A DNA stretch of 64,000 nt. Origin: Candidatus Helarchaeota archaeon (GTDB lineage Archaea; Asgardarchaeota; Lokiarchaeia; Helarchaeales; RDOG01). Within the stretch, counting starts at the first letter, position 1; each line of letters begins with the position of its first letter. The notes under the pieces are model-generated. The model worked only from the letters and a program-made list of their open reading frames with translations, was not told where the DNA came from and did not search any database. This document shows, piece after piece, positions 21,301-29,331 of this stretch. The stretch is from assembly GCA_019058315.1 (NCBI GenBank), contig JAHPZH010000001.1:599536-663535 (forward strand). Reading direction: 5' to 3'. The position numbers were made by a program, and so were the translations under genes.

Positions 21301-23123
21301 TTGGTTATATGACTATTTGGGGGACAGGGGCTATCTCAATAGATAATAGCACAATTAATGACATATATACAGCTCAATCTTTAACTTCCTCACCAGTTGG
21401 CAATATTTTAATTACGAACTCAACTATCTCATGGGCATCTATTTCTGGGGAATTTATAGCGACCTTTATAAATTGTATAATTAATTCTTTGGTAGAAGGC
21501 ATTGTTGTTTATGATGGTACTGTTATAATAGATTCAACTGGGATAAGTGGGTCAGGAAGTTATACAAATTATACTCAAATCATTTCAAGTACAGTTTTTT
21601 CAAGGTCTTTAATGTTGATCGAAGTAAATAATACTGCTAATGTAATTATTAATGAAGGTTGGTATGGTAATATATATTTAATGCATGATGCAAGTGCCAC
21701 TCTAACTAATGCAAACATAGCAGGAATAGCTTTGTTCAATAATTCCAATGCTTTCATCCATAATTCTACTATAAACGGAACTTTGTTTGGGTTAATGAGT
21801 CTTGGGAGTTCTTATTTTTCAATTGATCAAAATTCCACTTTAAGTATGATGTTTTGTACGGCATCAAGTAATGGGACAATGACTAACTCTACGGTTCTTT
21901 CAAGATTAATCTTAGCCAATTCCGCAACATTGACCATTCTAAAATCTACAATCTTGGGAGTCGCTAAAATTATGGGGTCAAATTCAATTGATTATTCTCT
22001 TAAAATGTATAATTCATCAATTGATGTACTTGAGGGAATTATCTGGGATTATTTATTATTTTATGTAACTATTAAACCTTCAATAATATTAAATAGTCCA
22101 CAAAATCAAACTGTAATAAAAAAACCAGCATATATTGATCTTAAGATTTCAGATGATGATCTAGACCCCTCGACTGTGGAATGGATAGCAAACGTAACAC
22201 AACTTACTTGGACGAATTCTTTTATTGGGTCTTATGATATTGATCTATCTAGTTTTGCCAGTGACCAGACGGTGCAATTCTGGGTTAGAGCGAATGATAC
22301 TTTAGATAATCAGAATCTAATAACTTTTATTTTGACTTTTGATGATATTCCTCCAACTAAACCATCGAATCTAACAGCAATTATTCAAAAAGGCAATATT
22401 ACTATCTCTTGGAATTCATCTTCAGATTTTAATGCTATTTATTATCATATTTGGAGACATAGTAAAAGAGTTAGTAAATATTTAGGAAATACTACATCCA
22501 ATTTTTATATAGATCTCGAGAGTTTAAAACCAGGAAAATATACTTACGAGATAATTCCATTTGATGAAGCAAATAATACAGGAGAATCTATAAACATTAC
22601 TGTAAAAATACGAGGAAGAGATATATATTATCCATTTTTAGAACCCCCTAAAGATAATATAACCTTTATTATTTTCGTGATTATAGGATCTATAGCTGTA
22701 ACCACAAGCGTAGCAATTGTATATAGGAAATACAAAGGTTCAGAAAAAAAGCCTAAAAAAATAGGTAAGGAGACAGGACCAAAACGGAAAAAAAGAAAGA
22801 AATGGAAAGGTAAAATGGCTTTCAAAGTGGATTATATTGGAATCAGTGATCTTTCTGTAGAACTAAAGCTTAGAAATCTCACTAAATCCCCAATTCCTCT
22901 AGATTCCATTGAAGATGAAAATATTAGGGAATTTTATAGTCAAGAATTCAACATTTTATCTGTAGATGAAATAAATAGAATTTTAAAAATGCAAATTCCA
23001 GATATTTCTGATAAAATAGAAATATTGGATGAATTAGCTCGTTTATCTCCAGAAGAACGAAAAGATTTGATTGAATCTCTTGAAAAACTTAATCGATCAA
23101 GACTTAATAGTGAATTTCAATAA
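15330..23123 (+). CDS. Giant surface protein: two 7-repeat beta-propellers, ConA-like domain, WD40-like propeller, beta-helix, FN3-like domain, TM, cytoplasmic tail
   Basis: 7+7 repeats of VSTEST..S..P.IAVD..GNVHVxW.D..DYGGSGTD.DIFYK; W.Y...V.SVAIS.DG.YIAAGS repeats; NSTI repeats; signal peptide and C-terminal TM. Confidence 0.8.
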   Translation: MKKDKFVNLILAYFLIIFIFLPVIHSPSSNFLPLWSKITITNEIPKHKLELETSALGWPMTEVVSTESTGNSYHPSIAVDGTGNVHVAWEDWTDYGGSGTDNDIFYKCWNATTGTWKTIEVVSTESMGDSYSPTIAADGFGNVHVAWYDLSDYGGSGTDWDIFYKRWNATTGTWSGFINTTDVISTESTDLSRKPSLAVDSSGNVHVAWEDCTDYGGSGTDNDIFYKCWNTSTSSWTTTVLISTESTGNSYNPSIAVDGSENVHVAWYDLTDYGGSGTDKDIFYKRWNATGIWSGFINTTDIVSTESSNDSWLLAIAVDGSGNVYVAWCDLTDYGGSGTDPDIFYKCWNTTTGIWNTTEVVSTESTGISFHPTIAVDGSGNVHVAWMDYTDYEGAGTDRDIFYKRRNAITGIWSGYVNASDVVSTESTGQFYNSSPTIAVDTTGNVHVAWDDSTNYGGSGTDHDIFYKHQINIANNYSDDFNSGTLDPKWIWHDGGEGESWNLTVNPGNLRIISTSKINAWWGNNGDNIIYMPYIYQNFSNIQYFEIITKVNPPDGNGKGNGIVLYEDDNNYIVLNNYRDSVGNILYAQYRSVGDPLTNIGVIRTTVNYFKLMRIGNLISYQYSNDGSSWNILANYTHNYNFIRMGIFCSSVGGGIFNSDFDFFNFTELAPSMPPPDPNTKTPLWKYDTGSSIYSVAITPNGQYIAVGTGNSLHFWDINSSTPLWSYYVGDVVQAVDMSEDGNYIVAGTGVLDQPGNVVLWQRSSSTPIWNYTGSGNFGSIAISADGNYIVAGDRLSNNLHLWHRDNSTPLWSFNPGSGNWESVAISSDGYYIVASDGFYHDYVYYFDRTSSTPMWNYQCGSDVWSVDISKDGQYYAAGSKDHKIYFWQNNSDTPVWDYSTSGEVFSVSISNDGSHIAAGSVDNNLYYFKTDNSTPQWSYTTGDDICSERTVSISGDGEYIAAGTKDSKIYFFYRNDSTPIWNFTTITGSIGAIDLSDTGQYLVAGGQDHYVYVFSQDNEMPPTSNHPLDIITTVSGTETINWTLYDDSGPGQYRIWVNDTNNNYYIWIDWTPWINNTNLIVPINRSTVGVFNYTIEYNNSNGTFGIPDIVIVKIEISVFNWTMTEVISTESTEDSSQPAIAVDNLGNVHVVWNDWTDYGGSDMDCDVFYKRWNAITSNWTLTEVVSTESTLDVWNLSIVADSSGNLHVVWSDWTDYGGSGTDNDIFYKFWNATSGTWSGYINATDVVSTESTGSSRDPAIAVDGSGNVHVVWTEWSNGDIFYKFWNSTSKTWNGNINATDVVSTEGTGQSWYPSIDVDGSGNVHVVWEDSSDYGDSGTDDDIFYKFWNVTSRIWSGNINTTDIVSTESTGGSWYPSIAVDSSGNVHVVWSDWTDYGGAGLKNDIFYKFWNVTSGTWGGNFNATDVVSTESTESSYSPSIFVDSFNNLHVVWEDHTDYGMSGTDNDIFYKLRNAPSGIWSGTVNITDIISTESTGSSWNPSIVVDGSGNIHVTWDDMTNYNGSGIDRDIFYKKKTITELPSPPTSNHPADIITPLSGTDTINWTLYDDFGPGQYRVWVNDTNNNYYIWVDWTIWTNNTNLAIPINRTAIGVFNYTIEYNNSIGLFGIPDTVLVFINLPAQSNSIIYGLNSSIGYNYHAIRIDLGDIIVENTLNLTPGKLNGTPVINSTILENSNVIYESFLDNINLFGNAKLTMRNIFETGLNIYLFNNSELILENCTLNSITACDTSKVWIKNTTINYIYDYINWSFPIIFDPSPDSSTIYVLQKSTISQVHLSGGSNFVVENSTIDWMTMQSLANIISGISRISLQATITNSTLNYLRLYRDSKATVFSSQLITAYVYDIAKLSLVASTITNLYYGIICNSGFTSIVDGVPSGGYINNTQLIGTSPSGSFELISVAVTGSASAYIEGWLTTTSFDLYLYDSSLAQLNYTFDANLICSYNNSQLDIENSIITTIMAYLNSSVTIQKNCSIGYMTIWGTGAISIDNSTINDIYTAQSLTSSPVGNILITNSTISWASISGEFIATFINCIINSLVEGIVVYDGTVIIDSTGISGSGSYTNYTQIISSTVFSRSLMLIEVNNTANVIINEGWYGNIYLMHDASATLTNANIAGIALFNNSNAFIHNSTINGTLFGLMSLGSSYFSIDQNSTLSMMFCTASSNGTMTNSTVLSRLILANSATLTILKSTILGVAKIMGSNSIDYSLKMYNSSIDVLEGIIWDYLLFYVTIKPSIILNSPQNQTVIKKPAYIDLKISDDDLDPSTVEWIANVTQLTWTNSFIGSYDIDLSSFASDQTVQFWVRANDTLDNQNLITFILTFDDIPPTKPSNLTAIIQKGNITISWNSSSDFNAIYYHIWRHSKRVSKYLGNTTSNFYIDLESLKPGKYTYEIIPFDEANNTGESINITVKIRGRDIYYPFLEPPKDNITFIIFVIIGSIAVTTSVAIVYRKYKGSEKKPKKIGKETGPKRKKRKKWKGKMAFKVDYIGISDLSVELKLRNLTKSPIPLDSIEDENIREFYSQEFNILSVDEINRILKMQIPDISDKIEILDELARLSPEERKDLIESLEKLNRSRLNSEFQ

Positions 23124-23130
23124 TTAAGAA

Positions 23131-23189
23131 TGGTGGATAGGGGAGGATTCGAACCTCCAACCGCTCGGTTAACAGCCGAGTCCTATACC
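23131..23189 (-). pseudogene. 3' fragment of tRNA-Asn (att-like direct repeat)
   Basis: 59 bp with 2 mismatches to 27969-28027; lacks the 5' acceptor strand. Confidence 0.9.
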
Positions 23190-23209
23190 CAAAAGGATTT
23201 GTTGTTTAA

Positions 23210-26200
23210 ATGATTAGATGGAAATTCCAAAGGAGAAAAAACTCTATGAATAGAAATAAACTCTCATATTTTGGTAAAATTCAATTTTTTATAATTTTAA
23301 TATTTATTCTTTCTATGTTTTCATCCATATCTTATCTTTGGTCGCCTTGGAGCTATAAAATGAACCCAAGATCTCATATTGGTGATCAGGTGTTATTTAA
23401 ATCCGATTATTATGGCTATGGTAACGAAATAATAATGATTGAGGATCCTGATGCAGACGTTACTCCTGGTCCTTTTAATGATATAATCATAGTTTTTATA
23501 AATAGCAGTTCCGATCCAGCTGGATTATTCGTAACTGGCGATGAATTCGATCCTGGAGTATTTGTTGTCACGATTGGATTCACTGATGGTCCTACCGTTG
23601 GAACATTTCTCCATGTTGAAGATGGTGATTTAATTATGGTCATATATAAAGGAGAGGTGTATGCATCTGATATTTGGCATAAAACATACACAGCTATAAT
23701 CCCAAAACCCCCAATGGAAGATGAATATCATGGTTTATCTTCTTATCATGTATTAAAAATTCTGGATCCAGACATGGACATTACAAACATTACAGAAACT
23801 TTTATCCCTGATAATTTAACCGCTAAAATTGATAGCACAAGCGATCCAATTGGAATTACAGCAACATTCATTGAACTTTTCCCAACTGATGGGGAATTTT
23901 ACTTTGTATTTTCATTCACTAATGGATCTACTTATGATGATTATCTCCACGTAGAAGATGGAGATACGATTAGTTTAACATATTACGATGAACATAATTA
24001 TCAAGGAGATAGTGTTTATCTCGAAGCAAATGCCACTTGGCACAAAACTTATACCGGAACAATTAATGTAAGTGTAACTGGGTCTGTATCTGCGGGTTTA
24101 GATGCTGTTGCTGAAGTAACAATTAATGATAAAGATTTAGATATAAATCCTCTAGTTCTTGATAATTATTCTTTGCCATTTAGTCCCCTCGAGGTCCATA
24201 CTCAAGGAAATAGTTCCAATCTAATTAAAATCCCTCTAAATGAAACTGGACCATCAACTGGGATATTCAAAGGAGTTTTTAATTTAACATTAGGTCCGAC
24301 AAATCAAGATATTCCTTCCCTTCACGTATATGATGGTGCAATTATAATATATACGTATTATGATGCACGAGATATGTATGGTGATTCGGTAAATTTATCT
24401 AAACAAGAACAATTCTTTTTACATCAAAATGGTGTTTTCATAATCGATGATCTTGAATATTTTGGAGATCCAGTTACTGTAAATGTAACAATTAAAGATA
24501 AAGATTTAAACCAACTTCCGACTGTTCAAGAAACTGCAACAATTAATGCATCAAGTAGTCCTTCGGATCTAATTAGTATTACTATCTACGAAAATGGTAC
24601 AAATAGTGATAAATTCATAGGTCAATTTGACATAGGCTCCCTTGTTACATCCGATCCTGATGACTATTTACATGCAAATACAGGAGAAAATATAACAATT
24701 ATATATTTTGATGAAAAAGATATAAATGGTACATCCCAAACGAGAATTGTTAACATAACTTGGTATGAATTTCCAGAGCCCCCATCAATAAAAGTGGTAG
24801 GACTAGTAAATAATTCCATAATCTGGTCTGGGACTCTACTTAATTTCAATGTCTCTGATAATTGGTTAATAGATTCTATTTGGTATAGAGTTAATTTTGG
24901 TCCTAATATTACAATTGATACTTCTATTGGTGTTCATAATTTTTCATTCGTAATAAATGCTACAATAGAAGATCCCTACTGGATTTATGGTTTAAATTAT
25001 ATTGACATTTTTGCTAATGACTCTTTAGGTTTCGAAACTATGAGTAGATTTATACTTACTCTTGATGACACTCTTATTAGAATTAGACCACTTAATCAAA
25101 CAAATATTGTGCCAGATGCAGACGGTAATATCCTTATTGAATGGAACTCTTCGCCAGCTTGGAATCCTATTAGCTTTGATATTTACCGCAGTACCACCCT
25201 TGGATTTACCCCCAATGCAACAAACCAAATAGCACAGGGAATAAGTGATATATACTATTTAGATAATGGAACTGTTGATGGTCTTCATTATTATACAATT
25301 ATCGGTTTTAATGGGACTAATAACTCAACTTATTGGGAATATAGTTCGATATTGATTATCGATATAACTCCACCTAGTTGGGTTTTACCTCCAACTTTTA
25401 CCAGTACTCCAGTTGGTACAGAAAACGCTCGACTTGCCTGGACTAACTCGTTTGACTCTTATGATATAGCTGGATTTTCAATCTATCGAGCTAATGTTGA
25501 TAATTTTACCCAAAGTGTGCGGATTGCCAACCTGACCGAATTAACTTATCTGGACACTAGTTTAAATGCGACAATTTATTATTATTGGATAACAGCATAT
25601 GATGAGAAAGGACAAGAAAGCGGACCATCATTTTCTAGAAGTGTTATCCTACCTGGATTTGACGACGGGGATATCAGTTGTAATAAAGGAGAATACTTTG
25701 GTGATGGGGTCATCGTCTATGTGAATATTACTGATTTGGATTTAAATCAAAACGATTTAACCATTCAGAACGTCACAGTAACTGCAAATACCTCAACATA
25801 TTCAATTAATTTTACCTGTCTAGAATTAGGTCCTAATAGTGATACTTTTGTAGGTAATTTTTCGTTAGTAACTACTGGTACTAATGATTCAACAGATGAG
25901 TTGAACATTACACCTGGAAGTACTATCACAATTTTTTATTTAGATGAAAAGAATAGCGCTGGGTATCCAATATATAGATCTGTTACGATATTTTGGATCG
26001 ACGATCCCCAACCCCCAATTATAGAATTGGACGCCCCTGCAAATAGTTCTATTGTTTGGAGTTGGGATACACTTTATTTCACTGTAAGAGATAATGTACG
26101 GGTAGATTCTGTTTGGTATAGAGTTAATGATGGTATTAATGTAACAGTTGCTACTGATATACAATTCGATGAATATTCATTTGGAATCCTTGTTAATTTA

Positions 26201-27937
26201 TCAGCTCCCGATTGGATTTATGGTTTTAATTATATTGATATTTTTGCTAATGACACTATGGGTATGGAAAATACTAGTAGATTTTCATTTATTATTGATG
26301 ATACCCTTATTAGAATTAGACCGCTTAATTTAACAAATATTGAGCCAGATGCAGACGGTAATATCCTCATTGAATGGAACTCTTCGCCAGCTTGGAATCC
26401 TATTAGCTTTGATATTTACCGCAGTACAATCCCTGGATTCATTCCCAATGCAACAAACCGAATAGCACAAGCGATACCTTGGTCAACTAATTATTATATA
26501 GATAATGGAACTGACGATGGTCTTCACTATTATACAATTATTGGATTTAATGGGACTCATAATTCAACTTGCTGGGAATATGGTTCAATATTAGTTAACG
26601 ATATTACTCCACCGATTCCACCCCAAGATATTAATGCTACTCCAGTTGGTACAAGTGGTGTTCGTCTCATCTGGACTGCCCCGCCAGCCTATTATGATGT
26701 GGTTGGATATTCAATCTACCGAGCTACTATAGATGATTTTGCCCAAAGTGTGTGGATTGCCAACGTGACCGAATTGACACATTTAGACACAGGTTTAAGT
26801 AGTGGACTTTATTTTTATTGGATAACAGCATATGACGAGAAAGGACAAGAAAGCGGACCATCATCACCGGAATTTGTTATATTACCTGGACCAGAAGATG
26901 GTCATATTGAAACTGATAGAGCAGGGTACTTTGGGGAAAATGTTACCGTTTATGTAACCATTACAGATCTAGACTTAAACCAAGATGATTTATCAGTTCA
27001 GGATGTTACTATAAACGTTTCAACTGGTTTTGAATTAATTTATGTAAATCTTTTTGAGTCCGGTTGTAATAATAATACTTTTTTTGGGAATTTTACCTTA
27101 GTTACTTACATTACAAACGATACTCTTGATTACATAAATGTTACTGACGGAGCTATTATTACCATTTCATATCTTGATGAAACGAACAGCCTTGATATTC
27201 CTGAATTATTTCATATTAATATTACTTGGAACTTGATCTCCCAAGCCCCAATAATAAATCTGATAAGCCCGGAGAATGAAACCACAGTTCAAAAACCTAA
27301 CTTAATTGATTTGAATATTTATGATCCAAACTTGGATCTTTCCACTGTGGAATGGAGGGCAAACACAACACAGCTTACTTGGACAAATTCGTTTATTGGG
27401 TCCTATGATATTGATCTATCGAGTTTTGCTAGTGACCAAACTGTGCAATTTTGGGTTAGAGCGAATGATACTGCAGATAATCAGAATTTAATAACTTTTG
27501 TTTTAACTTTTGATGATATTCCTCCAACCAAACCATCGAATATGACAGCAGTAATTCAAAAAGGTAATATTACAATCTCATGGAATACATCTTCAGATGT
27601 TCATATAGTTTATTATCATATTTGGCGACATAGTAAAAAAGAAAGTAAATATTTAGGAAATATCACATCCACTTTTTATACAGATCTCGAGAGTTTAAAA
27701 CCGGGAAAATATACTTATGAAATAATTCCATTTGATGAAGCAAATAATACAGGAGAATCTATAACCATTACTGTAAAAATCAGAGGAAAAGAAACTTATT
27801 ATCCATTCTTGGAACCACTTGATAATCAAGTGACTATTATAATAATAGCAATTTTAGGATCGATAGCTATGGTGATAGGTATTGCTGTATTATTAATGAG
27901 AAAAAAATTTATTTCAGCAAAAAACCATAGTAAATAA
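23210..27937 (+). CDS. Large membrane-anchored surface protein with Ig-like/FN3 repeats
   Basis: Repeated I.D.DLN domains, internal duplication (DGNILIEWNSSPAWNPISFDIYRST twice), FN3 motif YYYWITAYD, C-terminal TM. Confidence 0.8.
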   Translation: MIRWKFQRRKNSMNRNKLSYFGKIQFFIILIFILSMFSSISYLWSPWSYKMNPRSHIGDQVLFKSDYYGYGNEIIMIEDPDADVTPGPFNDIIIVFINSSSDPAGLFVTGDEFDPGVFVVTIGFTDGPTVGTFLHVEDGDLIMVIYKGEVYASDIWHKTYTAIIPKPPMEDEYHGLSSYHVLKILDPDMDITNITETFIPDNLTAKIDSTSDPIGITATFIELFPTDGEFYFVFSFTNGSTYDDYLHVEDGDTISLTYYDEHNYQGDSVYLEANATWHKTYTGTINVSVTGSVSAGLDAVAEVTINDKDLDINPLVLDNYSLPFSPLEVHTQGNSSNLIKIPLNETGPSTGIFKGVFNLTLGPTNQDIPSLHVYDGAIIIYTYYDARDMYGDSVNLSKQEQFFLHQNGVFIIDDLEYFGDPVTVNVTIKDKDLNQLPTVQETATINASSSPSDLISITIYENGTNSDKFIGQFDIGSLVTSDPDDYLHANTGENITIIYFDEKDINGTSQTRIVNITWYEFPEPPSIKVVGLVNNSIIWSGTLLNFNVSDNWLIDSIWYRVNFGPNITIDTSIGVHNFSFVINATIEDPYWIYGLNYIDIFANDSLGFETMSRFILTLDDTLIRIRPLNQTNIVPDADGNILIEWNSSPAWNPISFDIYRSTTLGFTPNATNQIAQGISDIYYLDNGTVDGLHYYTIIGFNGTNNSTYWEYSSILIIDITPPSWVLPPTFTSTPVGTENARLAWTNSFDSYDIAGFSIYRANVDNFTQSVRIANLTELTYLDTSLNATIYYYWITAYDEKGQESGPSFSRSVILPGFDDGDISCNKGEYFGDGVIVYVNITDLDLNQNDLTIQNVTVTANTSTYSINFTCLELGPNSDTFVGNFSLVTTGTNDSTDELNITPGSTITIFYLDEKNSAGYPIYRSVTIFWIDDPQPPIIELDAPANSSIVWSWDTLYFTVRDNVRVDSVWYRVNDGINVTVATDIQFDEYSFGILVNLSAPDWIYGFNYIDIFANDTMGMENTSRFSFIIDDTLIRIRPLNLTNIEPDADGNILIEWNSSPAWNPISFDIYRSTIPGFIPNATNRIAQAIPWSTNYYIDNGTDDGLHYYTIIGFNGTHNSTCWEYGSILVNDITPPIPPQDINATPVGTSGVRLIWTAPPAYYDVVGYSIYRATIDDFAQSVWIANVTELTHLDTGLSSGLYFYWITAYDEKGQESGPSSPEFVILPGPEDGHIETDRAGYFGENVTVYVTITDLDLNQDDLSVQDVTINVSTGFELIYVNLFESGCNNNTFFGNFTLVTYITNDTLDYINVTDGAIITISYLDETNSLDIPELFHINITWNLISQAPIINLISPENETTVQKPNLIDLNIYDPNLDLSTVEWRANTTQLTWTNSFIGSYDIDLSSFASDQTVQFWVRANDTADNQNLITFVLTFDDIPPTKPSNMTAVIQKGNITISWNTSSDVHIVYYHIWRHSKKESKYLGNITSTFYTDLESLKPGKYTYEIIPFDEANNTGESITITVKIRGKETYYPFLEPLDNQVTIIIIAILGSIAMVIGIAVLLMRKKFISAKNHSK

Positions 27938-27968
27938 GTAAAGCTAATAAAATAACAATAATTTAAAA

Positions 27969-28045
27969 TGGCGGATAGGGGAGGATTCGAACCTCCAACC
28001 GCTCGGTTAACAGCCGAGTGCTATACCTGATTAAGCCACCTACCC
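27969..28045 (-). tRNA. tRNA-Asn(GTT), CCA encoded
   Basis: Cloverleaf; CTCGG-CT-GTT-AA-CCGAG; G73. Confidence 0.95.
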
Positions 28046-28052
28046 ATTTTAA

Positions 28053-28127
28053 TGGGATGGAGATCGGGAATTGAACCCGAGTCTATTGAGCCACAATCAA
28101 TTATTCTACCATTAAACTATCTCCACC
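28053..28127 (-). tRNA. tRNA-His(GTG), G-1 and CCA encoded
   Basis: ATTGA-TT-GTG-GC-TCAAT; G-1:C73. Confidence 0.95.
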
Positions 28128-28133
28128 AAAATT

Positions 28134-28243
28134 TGGTGCGGATGGGGAGATTTGAACTCCCGTTTTTAGATTTCAGCAGTTTTTGGCGTTCTAGTCCAAA
28201 TAATTTGGAAGTCTAAATGTCTAAACCTCTAACGTACATCCGC
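28134..28243 (-). tRNA. tRNA-Gly(TCC) with intron carrying an alternative GCC anticodon
   Basis: TTAGA-CT-TCC-A, 34-nt intron (28172-28205), A-TCTAA; GCC cassette at 28185-28187. Confidence 0.9.
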
Positions 28244-28250
28244 AAAAAAA

Positions 28251-28613
28251 TTAGAGAATTAAGGCAGGCACTGTAATAAATTGCACTGGATTTCTCTTGT
28301 TATACTTTCTATGACATTCCCAACACCATGTAATATTGTTTGTTAATGTTTCAACTTTATAAGCTGAACCGTTACACTTTCCAATAATATGGTGTCGTGT
28401 CAAGTAATTGTTTGGGTCTAGTTTATTTTGTTTTACACCGCATTTCTGACAGGTAAATTTATCTCTATTGTAGATAAATAACCGGAGCTTTAGTTGAAAT
28501 CGCCCGCAGTGTGGACATTGAATGTAACCGATAACTTCTTTATTGAATTGTTTGCATTGTTTGTATTCTTTTTTCAGACCTTTTATTGTTTTTTTACAAT
28601 AAATACACTTAAA
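28251..28613 (-). pseudogene. HNH endonuclease frame with N-terminal Zn-ribbon; start codon missing
   Basis: 120 open codons: FKCIYCK...CPHCG...RDKFTCQKCG...LTRHHII...NNITWCWECHRKYN. GAGGTGA SD upstream, but an in-frame TGA precedes the frame. Confidence 0.8.
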
Positions 28614-28641
28614 TCACACATCACCTCTTTTTGTTTGTTGA

Positions 28642-28713
28642 TCCGACTGTGCGGATTTGAACCACAATATCACAGATCTACAGTCTGCTGCCGTACCAGT
28701 TGGCTACAGTCGG
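28642..28713 (-). tRNA. tRNA-Tyr(GTA)
   Basis: C1-G72, A73, short variable loop (archaeal type); GCAGA-CT-GTA-GA-TCTGT. Confidence 0.95.
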
Positions 28714-28793
28714 TATTTTAATAAAGATGGGTAGGGTCTAATTCAAAAAAAATAAAAGGGATTGATGGTAAGTCTAATTATATTAAGATATTT

Positions 28794-28910
28794 TTAATCA
28801 ACTTCCTTAGACATCGGACTTAATACAACCTCTACGACTTTTTCAACAACTTTCATTTCTTCTGCTTCTTTTTCCGTCAAATATGCATAATAACCCATAT
28901 ATTGTTGCAA
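28794..28910 (-). CDS. Putative 38-aa microprotein
   Basis: GGAGGTGA SD, then TTG: MQQYMGYYAYLTEKEAEEMKVVEKVVEVVLSPMSKEVD*. Confidence 0.45.
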   Translation of the reverse strand: MQQYMGYYAYLTEKEAEEMKVVEKVVEVVLSPMSKEVD

Positions 28911-28970
28911 AATTCTTCACCTCCAATTTTTTTTTAAGATAATTTCTAGCTTCAATTGGGTTTTGTAAAG

Positions 28971-29041
28971 TTGCACAGACAGGAATCGAACCTGCTTGCA
29001 ACTCGTTGTAAGCGAGTCAACGATCCAACCGTCCCTGTGCA
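28971..29041 (-). tRNA. Atypical tRNA-Val(TAC)-like gene
   Basis: 7-bp acceptor TGCACAG/CTGTGCA, canonical T arm, loop CT-TAC-AA; but G8, a 5-nt D loop and a 6-bp anticodon stem. Confidence 0.65.
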
Positions 29042-29046
29042 AATGA

Positions 29047-29121
29047 TGGAATCGGTGGGATTTGAACCCACATAAACTTGATCTTCAGTCAAGCGGACTC
29101 GCCGGATTATCCTACGATTCC
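29047..29121 (-). tRNA. tRNA-Phe(GAA)
   Basis: CTTGA-CT-GAA-GA-TCAAG. Confidence 0.95.
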
Positions 29122-29123
29122 AA

Positions 29124-29209
29124 TGGTGGGGTTACTAGGATTTGAACCTAGATCACCAGATTTCTCCACATTTGGAGTCTGGAAGTCTCCCGGATTAACG
29201 TATAACCCC
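29124..29209 (-). tRNA. tRNA-Trp(CCA) with 10-nt intron at 37/38
   Basis: CCAGA-CT-CCA-A-[ATGTGGAGAA]-A-TCTGG; CTCC/GGAG helix. Confidence 0.92.
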
Positions 29210-29211
29210 AT

Positions 29212-29327
29212 TGGTACTCCCGCTCGGGTTCGAACCGAGGTCAATGGGTTTCTCCCATATTCAGATTATGTTTGATCTGAATCAGACCAAAGCCCATCAT
29301 GCTTGGCCAAAGCTACACCACGGGAGT
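29212..29327 (-). tRNA. tRNA-Gln(TTG) with intron carrying an alternative CTG anticodon
   Basis: A1-U72; 37-nt intron 29250-29286; T-CTG-A cassette at 29261-29265. Confidence 0.92.
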
Positions 29328-29331
29328 ATTA

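Noticed and set aside
28614-28619. GTG-TGA read as selenocysteine at the HNH start
   Set aside because: It is not a Cys-motif position and no SECIS is evident; a 1-nt indel is simpler.
28971-29041. tRNA-Pyl or ochre suppressor
   Set aside because: The 7-nt loop centres on TAC, not CTA or TTA; the T loop is canonical; no pyl genes are in the window.
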